64,000 nt of DNA, taken from Nemertoderma westbladi. Taxonomy: Eukaryota; Animalia; Xenacoelomorpha. The notes beneath the pieces are model-generated. The model made no database searches and had not been told where the DNA came from. It saw nothing but the letters and a program-made list of their open reading frames with translations. The translations under genes and the position numbers were made by a program. Every line of letters begins with the position of its first letter. The stretch's first letter is position 1. The stretch is taken from positions 1 to 64,000 of the forward strand of contig JAUCBJ010004437.1 of the NCBI GenBank assembly GCA_032718475.1. Reading direction: 5' to 3'. Below, piece by piece: positions 26,427-35,923 of the stretch.

Positions 26427-27557
26427 TTAACTCGTTTGGTACAACGTTCTCCGCCACTCTGGTGACAGGTTATATCGTGTCAAGCCGGGACGATGGTAAG
26501 GGTTAAACGGCGATATTAAATGTCCGCGTCCCAATCCGGCTAGGTAGAATGGGCTAATATCTAGGAAGCCCACAACTAGGGTGCCACCGACTAATTGTTC
26601 AGGTAACACTAGATCTTTGAGCAGTGAGTACAGCTCGGGAGGATCCGTCATACTAATAGGATCAAGAGTCTGAAGTCTCACTAGGGAATGAGGAGTTCTG
26701 ATCGAGTATTCCGAAACTCTGATCATTGGTTTATTTAAGGATCGTCTGAGTCGAACGAGCGTAGGTGATACATCGAACAAGTTTCGCTCGAAACTCCCGT
26801 AAGTATAGCGAGTAAAACCGTGTTTAAAGCAACGTCTCCGCGGATGTTTATGTCTTTCCGTTTGTTGGTTGGGTCTTGGGCATTCATTGCAATAATACCC
26901 AAAAACGTACGTCTTGTAGGGGAAACGCGAGTGATCTTTCTCCAGCTTACAATATTCCTCCATCCGTTCGAAGCTATTCGGTACAACAGGTAGCGGTCGA
27001 TCGGCGGTAAGATACATCATAGGGGAATAGAGCCGTTTGAGTTCTACCATGCGGTCATGATGTATACCTTGAGGATATCGAGTTTCTAGATTTTGTTGAC
27101 TGGCAATATTGAGATATGTTTCTATCAGGAATTCCAGATAATCGTTGAAGTCGCTGCGTTTATCCGGCTCCTCAACGTCTTCTCTTTCGAGTCTGTTTCG
27201 AATAGAATTCTCGTGTTCCATTCTCGGTTTATCGTTCCGCCTCCGCTGGGTAGGATATTTCAATCGTACCATTTCCCTTTTGGTGTCGACATTGTCCGTA
27301 TTGTGTAAATCGATAGGATGGCCAGTAGTTAAGAAGTCCACATACGTACCATTACGATGCGTATAGCGAGCGGTGAATTTCTTATAGTCCAACTCACGCG
27401 TGAGCTGCTCTTGGGACATTGGCGGTTCGATATAACGACCATCGTCCTCCACAGCAGTTGGACCAGCGTCGCCGTGTATCAAGCTATCAACAAACGCTTG
27501 TAAAGGTAGAGTATATCGCTCCCTGATACCAAGATCATCTTCTATCAACTCAATCAT
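26427..27557 (-). CDS. Accessory ORF of the outer element, unknown function, not env-like
   Basis: Open 376-aa frame between pol and the 3' LTR, in element sense. No signal peptide or clear TM. Contains CNEC-x16-CFKH, a possible Zn site. Confidence 0.65.
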   Translation of the reverse strand: MIELIEDDLGIRERYTLPLQAFVDSLIHGDAGPTAVEDDGRYIEPPMSQEQLTRELDYKKFTARYTHRNGTYVDFLTTGHPIDLHNTDNVDTKREMVRLKYPTQRRRNDKPRMEHENSIRNRLEREDVEEPDKRSDFNDYLEFLIETYLNIASQQNLETRYPQGIHHDRMVELKRLYSPMMYLTADRPLPVVPNSFERMEEYCKLEKDHSRFPYKTYVFGYYCNECPRPNQQTERHKHPRRRCFKHGFTRYTYGSFERNLFDVSPTLVRLRRSLNKPMIRVSEYSIRTPHSLVRLQTLDPISMTDPPELYSLLKDLVLPEQLVGGTLVVGFLDISPFYLAGLGRGHLISPFNPYHRPGLTRYNLSPEWRRTLYQTS

Positions 27558-29212
27558 ATCTGCTATATAAATTTATCCATATTATAATGAGTTTACATTT
27601 AGGCGAGCGGGCGTCGCTGCCTACCCCTCTCTGCCCCCGGACAGTGCGAGATCCTCAGCGCTGATGTACTTTCGCCGATGTGCCTATCGCCAACGTCGTA
27701 GCTGCACAACGACTACAACAACCAGCACGAGCCACTCCACCGTCCGTCCCAAAGGCTTAGATATACTTCAGGTTCTTACTGGAGAGTTAGGGTTACTTTC
27801 ACAATTGCGACTCGCTACTGTAAACACACCTTAGTAGTAACATTCACCTACAAACGCACAAATTCCACGTAACTGTCACAAATTGTACACATTCTATCAC
27901 ACATTCGGGTCATTTGTCCGTTAGTCAAGTGCCTTCCAGAATGTCACGTTGTTATTATGTATCTTTAGATACTAGCGGTGTGCTATTTATTCCGTATGCT
28001 ATTCAATGGGCAAGCCTGTTATTGTTCTTTTAACTCACTTCTAATTCTAGCGTGGTTGTTGCCATGGTGACATTATGGAAAGCTAGCAGTAGAATTAGGG
28101 TAATTCTCATGCATACAGATCTGGGATGCTATTTAATAGTAATTCTTTAATGGTCAATATCCCCTTTATACATGATTCTATGAATTTTATCGGCTATTGA
28201 CTATACATTGGAGATTCTCGCACACAAATACACTTAATAGAGTGAATCTCCGCTCCCATGATCTATTAATTAATGGAATTTTGGGAATGTTATAAATTGT
28301 ATAAAATGACAATTTATTAAATTCATCGAAATATCTGAATTTAAATTTATTCCCGTAAATTTTATTATTTAATGTTAAATAGACACAATTTTATTCCAGA
28401 ACGTGTCTGGGGACTGGGATCCTTGATTCTAGGAATTTTGTCCTTTTAAGAGTATCGGTAAGTGCTACGATATCTTAATCGACTAGAATTTTAAAGGATC
28501 TGATATTTGACAGATTTTTGTAAATATTAATAATTAATATTTAGGATGGGCACCAGTTTATTCCAGAACTTGTCTGGGGACGTTAACCATTGATTCTAGA
28601 AATTTGTCTTTCAAGTATATCGGTGGGTGCCGCGATATCTTAATCGACTAGAATTACATATGGTCAAAGGGTTTAACAGATTTATTTTGCGTTATACGCT
28701 ACTGTTAAAAGGACATCACGCTACTATATGTATTATTTAATATACGGTATGAGAGCAATATCGCACGAAGCAATGTCAGTGTGAAGAGGCAAGTCGTTTC
28801 CAAGGTCTACCCAGAGCTTGGTTTAGCCGAGACACGAGGATCTGAACTTTGCATTCCTAATACTCTGCCTACCAATAATACTTGAATATTGTAGTGGCTT
28901 TATTGTACTTTAATAAGTACGAAGATTTCATCTTACTGTAGTCACGTATTGATAATGTAATACGGGCAGTAAGGAAAGAGAAAAATTAATTATTTCTCGC
29001 CATCACACTAAATATATAATATAAGTAATTACGTACGTAATAAACACTAATATATTGCACTAATCTACTAAATGATCACTAAAATAACATGTTACTAAAT
29101 AAAATTAAATAAAACGATTAAAATAAAATTACATAATAATACATACATAAATATAAAAATAAAACAAATACAAATATAAAGTAATATGGTCACACACCCA
29201 CTCCAGCCGTTG

Positions 29213-30391
29213 TTAAGTTGGGGAGTCCCTAAATGTTTGTTGGATTAGGGAGGTGGTCGTGGGAAGAGTATCTTGTCTCCCATAGTTTCCGGAGAGTTCT
29301 CTGTCTCTTTCCAGTAAACATAAACGTCCCACTGGGCGATTGAGCTGCTGCGTCTCGAAGACAATTCCCGGTTTCTTGAAGTTACGTCGCATGACGACGA
29401 GTTCTACCGATCGCACCAAACCGTCATCCGAGATGTGCGTCTCGATTATACGACCTGTCTGCCACCGCTTACGTGGAAGATCCACATCCACAATAAGCAC
29501 CATGTCTCCAGCGCTGACGTTTTCTTGCTGCGCAAACCACTTAGTTCGAAGTTGTAGCGTGGGCAGATAATGTTTTTCGAAATGGTCAGCGAAACGACGG
29601 GATAACAACTGCATGAGTTGCCAAGTTTGTCGGCAGTACTCGTCTCCGTCTGTGATTTCCGATTGTGGGAGCATGGCTACAGGTTTCTTCAGTAGGAAGT
29701 GCGCGGGTGTTAGCGCCTCCAGGGAATCGGGACTCGATGAGACTGGCATAAGCGGTCTCTCGTTGAGATAGGCGGCGATTTCTTCCATTAACGTCCGCAA
29801 AAGTTCGTCGGTGAGATAAGCGCGGCAAGGCACTATAAAATGAAATGCTGTCTTCACACTTCTTATTAATCTCTCCCAACTTCCTCCCCACCAAGGGGCG
29901 TCGGCGGCGTTGAAGGTCCAACTAGACGCTGTTACTCGTAGTTGGTCGTCCACCTGTCTTTGGTTCCAATCTTTGACGTAAGCTGTGATTTCATTGTTGG
30001 CACCAATGAAGTTTGTTCCCTTATCAGATCTCATCGTGTTACTAGTGCCAAAGCGAGCGATCTGTCGTCGTAAGCTTAATAGAAAGCTGTTGGTAGATAA
30101 ATCGTTCACCATATCGAGATGGATGGCTCTACAAGTCATACAAACAAAGATTACACACCATCTCTTGACTATAGTCCTAGCACGATATACTTCAATAGGG
30201 CCAAATAAATCCACACCGGTATTAGTAAAGGGTGGTTCATAAAAGCTTACTCGTTCCCTAGGTAATTCTGCCTCTCGCTGTGTTAAAGGCCTACTGAATG
30301 CTTTCCTACAGGGTATACAGTTCCTAAGAACTTGGTTCAGAGCTCTACGGGGTTTATAAAAATAATAGCGAGTTCGAATTTTGCTAAGAAC
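29213..30391 (-). pseudogene. Outer element integrase, in frame with pol after a TGA
   Basis: CIPC, TGVDLFGP, SDKGTNF, WERL, LTPAHFL and DGLVRSV. An in-frame TGA at 30392-30394 lies inside the HHCC region. Confidence 0.9.
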
Positions 30392-33300
30392 TCATTCTCT
30401 ACCAGCATGATAAAGTTTGCTGTGAACATCTACAATCATCTTGACTTGTATTTCAAGATTTCTAATGAGTATGGGGAACTTAGTATCAAAGGATAATGGG
30501 GCATTCGTTAACCTTCCTCCAACACATATCAACCCATCTATCATTGTGCTAGAGAAACGATCCCTTAAGCGCATCTGTGGATTTCTCAACAACAGGAAAT
30601 ACTTATCGGAATCTTCATAGCATTGTAAGAGTCTCAGCATCTGTTTGTTGGTTTCTTCATGCTCCTGATAACTGATCTTCTCCTTCAGAAACTTGTCGGG
30701 TATCTTATATTGGGGAAGATCTTTAATAACATGGACCTGCACTGATGTTATGGGAGCGGTATCACCTTTGGCCTTCATCCCGGAGTAGTGATGGTGAAAA
30801 CATCTCTTTAAATATGTAACGGCTTTACAGAGCCGATTCCAGGAACTGTAGTGATGTATCGCTCTCTGCAGAAGAGGTGAGAGTCCTTGCGAGACGTCTG
30901 GTATGCCAGATTTCCAATCTTTATCACGGATTTCCACAATGGGTTTATTTGTGGCTGTGGGTTTCTGATCCAAAGCGTCGTCTCCGGAAGTATGTAGTAC
31001 AGACAGATCTACTGTGGGTTTGAATAACTTCGATTTACTCGCCTGAGTTTTAGGTTTGACTTTCTCCGCTCCCTTGGCCTGTCTAATTTCTGCTGTAGTA
31101 AGATGAGGAGGCCATTCTTCTTCTTCTTGGTAGAGGAAGTCGGGTCCACCTAACCAGTCTGGAGTATCTACCAGTTCTTGTGGAGTTGCTCCCCTGGAAG
31201 CGAGGTCTGCTGGATTAATCGTTCCGGGGCAATGTCTCCATTGATCCATCGTCGTGCGACTGAGTATAATAGCTACTCTGTTGGTAACGAAGACGCTGAA
31301 CTGACAGACTTCATTGGTTATATACTCCAACACGAGTAAAGCGTCGGTCCAATAGACAGTTTTCTCCAGGGGATAGTCGATCTGTTCTGTTACATTCCGG
31401 CCGATGGCTGTAGCGTATAGAGCCGCTTTTAACTCCGCTCGAGGAACTTTCAACTTGTTGTTTATCAATGCCTTAGAGGTAACCAAGGCGACTTTGATTC
31501 CGTCCGGAGTTTCCACCCTTAGGTAGGCTACTATACCTATTCCCATATCGCTGGCGTCTCCAAACACATGGAGTTGATATGAATACGTAGGGAGAACATG
31601 ACCAAAATATGAACGGGAAATTATAAAGTTTTCGATGGCTGGTAGAGAATCTTCCCATTTCATCCACTTCTTTAATAATTCTCCCTTAAGTGGATCGTCC
31701 CATGAGTGGTTTTCAAGCCACATTTGTTGTACTAAACTCCGAGCAATCAATATAACTGGGCTAATAAATCCCAATGGATCGAAATAAGTGCTCAGGATAC
31801 TTAAACAAATCCGTTTAGTCCGAACTGGATTATCTCGCTGTTTTAATTGGAAAAACAGGATATCTCTTTCTGTGTCCCATTTCAAACCAAGGGTCTTAGT
31901 TTCTGGGAGATCATCCTTTATTAGATCTAGGTCTTTTGTTCCCCGATCTTCAACCGGGATCAACTCCAGAAACTCACGGGAGTTGCTAGTGAATTTAGTT
32001 AATCGAAATCCTCCTTTCTTTAAGCATTCTACCGTTCCTTTAGCGACCTCAATGGCTTCTTCTACTGATGGAAGGGACTTCAGATTATCGTCCATGTAGA
32101 TGTCTCGTTTGATATTGTCGATCACTTCTTTAGAGAAGGCGTCTCGGTTGTCATCCGCAGTGGTGCGCACCACGGAACAGGTGTTTGAAGGGCTCGAGAT
32201 TATCCCAAAAGCTTGGATGGTCATCCAGTACTCCACAGGTTTCTTATTGAGGTCTCCTTCAGGCCACCACAAAAATCGTAGGCTATCTCGATCCCTATCC
32301 AGCGCTTTGACTTGTAAGAACATGCCTTCTATATCTGAGGCGAAAGCAATGGAATATTGTCTTAATCTTAATAGTATTCCCAACAAGGATTGGAGTAAGT
32401 TGGGTCCGGGTAACAATTCAGAATTAAGAGATTGGCCCATATAAAGTGTGGAACCGTCAAACACCACTCGTACTTCATGGGGTTTACCGGGTTTGGGAAC
32501 GTAATGGTGAGTTAAATAATACGTTCTCTCAGTTATAGGGGTTTCTGCCGGTACTAGCTCCGCATATCCCTTGCTAATAAACTTCTTCAACTGCGTTTGA
32601 TACATTTCTTTAGCTGAAGAATTTGCCGTAAGGCGTCGATGTAGTTGAGCAATTCTTTTCTCCGCCAAAGGTCTGTTGTTAATGAACTTTGGTTCTCGCT
32701 TTCGGAAAGGAAGACCGATCTCATATCTACCTTGATCTTTAAGAAAACGAGTAGTTGTCGCTTGGATCTGCTTGGCTCTTTCTTCCTCCACCGATAGGGC
32801 CTTATCGTAGGAGTTGGGCTCTACGACTTCTTGAGTAAAGAATCTCACGGCGTGTTCATCTCGAGTCTTGGCATTATAACGTTCAATGACGTCATTAAGC
32901 TCGTCGTTATAGTCGTCTCGCTCGGATGGGAGAAGGAGTTGACATAAGTTCACTTGATTTTGCCAAGTCTCGCTTTCCTTAAGGAGATCGATGGCATTCT
33001 CCTCATCAAAAAGTTGATGTATATCGTCGTTGTCTGAGGAGTATGGAGTTCCCTCAGTTGGATCGTCGAACTCACTGTTCTCAACTTCCCATTCTCGCAC
33101 TTGATATACTTGATCTTTCGGTAATCTTTCTATGAGAGTTCTACGGGAAGGGCCAGTAAAGTACCAACCTACTCTAGTTCTTACCGCATAGGTTTGTAGT
33201 GGCTGCGGTTGAGCAGGCCGTTTCTCCAATGTCTCGAGCGCCTCATGCGCGTTTTGGCCGATGAGTATTTGCACTCCAGGATAATCAGTCTGGAATCGAG

Positions 33301-34495
33301 GTATCTTAAGATATTGAATGCTCTCATCCTCGTCCCAATTATAAAGGTCTGCTTGAGTAGTAGCGAAATTCTTTATAGCCACCATTTTCACTGACCTTAT
33401 GCTACGTTCTCCTAGTTCGTCCTGGGGGGTGGACAACGCACCGACATAATAATCCGCGGTTACTGTGGATTTCCAAACTTGCATAATTCCCGACATGTTT
33501 AGCTTAGTTCGGAACTTGGGTTGTCCAGCGAATATGTCTTCGGCTAGCTCTTTGTCGATGAATGTTCCTGTACTACCTGAGTCAAGGAGGGCGTTCACTA
33601 CATAACTCCTTTTTGGTCCGTGGACCCTTACCTGTACCACAGGAAATTCTCTAATCCCTACATTGGAAGTTGGCGCTTTCCAAAATGGTTGTTGATCAGA
33701 AGTAGTTAGGGTAATGTCGCTGTCCGTATCCTTTTCATACATGAGTGCTCGATACACTGTGGTATTTATTGTGTAACAGGATTCGTTTTCGTCGGAGAAC
33801 TTGTCTGTATAGAATCCTTCCATCTCAGATTGATCAGTGTCGTTCACATCACTGAATTGGACATGTAGTTCGGAATCACTTACCTGACTCGGACTATTTC
33901 GCTCGAATTCCGTGTGCAACAAGATATGATGTTTCGCACCGCACTTGGCACATCTTGTGTCAGAGTAACAGGTTCGCCGTTGGTGTCCATGTCTGAGGCA
34001 ATTATAACACAACCGCTTATCCCACATGACTTCACGTCTCTCAGTTAATGATTTCTTTAGAAATTCATCACACATATTTAAGCGATGGGTCCCATCACAT
34101 AGCGCACATTTCGGTTTGATGTTACTTACCTTACTCTGAGTAACATTGTGTACACTTGTCTTTTCTTCTGGCTTTCTCACCTGAATTCTCTTGGGAGACG
34201 TAGGAGGAGTTTTTCTTACCTGTTCTCTCCTGTCATTGGTTCGAGACTTGAATTTACTTACCTGATCTTTAGGCATTTTATTGACATAATAAGATCTGTC
34301 AGTGTCTTTCCCGCTATCTTCTCCTTGAGAAGTCTGGCTTTCGCCGTCGTCTGTATAACACACTGGTGTTACCTTTCTCCTAGAGACGGGTTTTTCACTT
34401 ACCTTGTTTTCCGGTGTCTTCTCTCTGGACAGTTTTAGGAGCTGTAATTTCACTTCTCCATCTAGGAATGACATGAGATCAGCCATGGTAGGGTC
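30392..34495 (-). CDS. Outer element Gag C-terminus, protease, RT and RNase H
   Basis: BEL triple knuckle (CALC..H..C, CYNC..GH..C, CAKC..HHILLH), LLDSGS, RVVFDG, IYMDD, FDPLG, FGDASD, YWTD and NPADLASRG. Confidence 0.93.
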   Translation of the reverse strand, partial: DPTMADLMSFLDGEVKLQLLKLSREKTPENKVSEKPVSRRKVTPVCYTDDGESQTSQGEDSGKDTDRSYYVNKMPKDQVSKFKSRTNDRREQVRKTPPTSPKRIQVRKPEEKTSVHNVTQSKVSNIKPKCALCDGTHRLNMCDEFLKKSLTERREVMWDKRLCYNCLRHGHQRRTCYSDTRCAKCGAKHHILLHTEFERNSPSQVSDSELHVQFSDVNDTDQSEMEGFYTDKFSDENESCYTINTTVYRALMYEKDTDSDITLTTSDQQPFWKAPTSNVGIREFPVVQVRVHGPKRSYVVNALLDSGSTGTFIDKELAEDIFAGQPKFRTKLNMSGIMQVWKSTVTADYYVGALSTPQDELGERSIRSVKMVAIKNFATTQADLYNWDEDESIQYLKIPRFQTDYPGVQILIGQNAHEALETLEKRPAQPQPLQTYAVRTRVGWYFTGPSRRTLIERLPKDQVYQVREWEVENSEFDDPTEGTPYSSDNDDIHQLFDEENAIDLLKESETWQNQVNLCQLLLPSERDDYNDELNDVIERYNAKTRDEHAVRFFTQEVVEPNSYDKALSVEEERAKQIQATTTRFLKDQGRYEIGLPFRKREPKFINNRPLAEKRIAQLHRRLTANSSAKEMYQTQLKKFISKGYAELVPAETPITERTYYLTHHYVPKPGKPHEVRVVFDGSTLYMGQSLNSELLPGPNLLQSLLGILLRLRQYSIAFASDIEGMFLQVKALDRDRDSLRFLWWPEGDLNKKPVEYWMTIQAFGIISSPSNTCSVVRTTADDNRDAFSKEVIDNIKRDIYMDDNLKSLPSVEEAIEVAKGTVECLKKGGFRLTKFTSNSREFLELIPVEDRGTKDLDLIKDDLPETKTLGLKWDTERDILFFQLKQRDNPVRTKRICLSILSTYFDPLGFISPVILIARSLVQQMWLENHSWDDPLKGELLKKWMKWEDSLPAIENFIISRSYFGHVLPTYSYQLHVFGDASDMGIGIVAYLRVETPDGIKVALVTSKALINNKLKVPRAELKAALYATAIGRNVTEQIDYPLEKTVYWTDALLVLEYITNEVCQFSVFVTNRVAIILSRTTMDQWRHCPGTINPADLASRGATPQELVDTPDWLGGPDFLYQEEEEWPPHLTTAEIRQAKGAEKVKPKTQASKSKLFKPTVDLSVLHTSGDDALDQKPTATNKPIVEIRDKDWKSGIPDVSQGLSPLLQRAIHHYSSWNRLCKAVTYLKRCFHHHYSGMKAKGDTAPITSVQVHVIKDLPQYKIPDKFLKEKISYQEHEETNKQMLRLLQCYEDSDKYFLLLRNPQMRLRDRFSSTMIDGLICVGGRLTNAPLSFDTKFPILIRNLEIQVKMIVDVHSKLYHAGRE

Positions 34496-34500
34496 TCGTC

Positions 34501-35038
34501 TGTGACGGGATCCAGGAGGGATCCCGATTTATCCGATGTGGTATTTAGTCCACGCGTCCCCGCCGTGTATAAGAGTGAAATAAAGATAACTGAGTTCTGA
34601 AGTTCGGTGTATAATAATAGGTTATAGGATATAGATATATTGTGAATTATACGGTAGGCGGGATACGGTAACTAAAGTCCCGTGATCCCCTAACTAAACT
34701 AATTGGCTGTACCCTACGCTAGCACTGCTGCACTGAGATAACTGAATCACTGATTAATAGGTTATTGGTTATATTGCACGGTGGCCTTACTGCTACTCAA
34801 TCGATGCCATTCCCCCCTCTGATTGGTTAATACCCTTGTTGGCGCCCCGTGGAGTATTCCCGTTCACTCCACCTATTTCCTCTGGGTTAGGGGTTTGGCC
34901 CCTGACCCTCTATTGTGTGCTTCCTTCCCACTCTTATTGGGATGGCACGAGTTGGTTAATTGCCCAATCTCGTGGCTCCCAATATTGCTTATCGGCTTAT
35001 AACTTTATGGGGTGTTGGCGGGATTGAATAAGCTAACA
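34501..35038 (-). repeat. 3' LTR of the inner element
   Basis: TGTGACGGG...GCTAACA, a direct repeat of 48389-48926. Confidence 0.97.
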
Positions 35039-35923
35039 CTCCCCCCCATGCTATCTTCCCGGTAAGAAGATAGCATCAACCAAAAAAGTGCGTTACAATC
35101 CCGCTGGATCCCGATCTAGTATCGGGTGTGGGGTGGAATTCTTTTCTCTAGGAGCCGGTTTTCCAGGCCGCCCCCTATGGGTATGATAACGCTACCCTGT
35201 GTGCCTGGCGTCTCATGTCGGGCCGATCGCGCTCACCTCTTCACACGACCTTTGTTTCCCCAACACTTTCGCCCTATCTCACCTTCACTCTCACCCTAGC
35301 TCTCTCACATTCGGACCTCCCCGTCCCTTACTCAGCCTCTTATCCTCCCCCCCCACACTCTAGAATCGCGTCCGCACTCTCTCTGCACTCCACTCTATCA
35401 CTTCGATCCTCAACCTCACTTTGACTGTTTTTATCTCTCCTGACGAACCTCCCCCCCCTCTCGTGCCGTCGCACTCAAGAAGTGTGAAATTGTCAGTTGT
35501 CTCGTCCATAGTGCCATAGTCAGTTATTCCCCCCAGTCCCACTAGCTAGTTGAGAAGGGTTGTATGACTATAGTACTTACTCCAAACGTATGTATTTTAC
35601 TGCTAATCACTACGTACGTACATACAAATTGCACTTATATGATTATTTGCATTAATTAAATTTGTACTTAATAGTTCGTACGTTACATGCGGCGCCTTCC
35701 AGGCGCACCACTTCCCAGTCTCAGTCTCATTCCCTCGTCCCCGGGAACTTATCTGTTCCTCCTCACGTCCTCTTCCCTGGCCCGTTTCTTGGTTATCACC
35801 GCTCCTCTGGCATCATCCGCTTTCTGCTTCCGGACCTTCGCTGCCACTTCCTTGCTGATCCCGGTCGTCGGCTCCTTGGGCGCTGGTGTTATTAAAGCCC
35901 GATACCGCTTCGCCGGTGGCCCC

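Noticed and set aside
30392-30394. TGA in outer pol as programmed readthrough
   Set aside because: It falls inside the integrase HHCC finger, the inner element has no stop there, and a point mutation is the simpler explanation.
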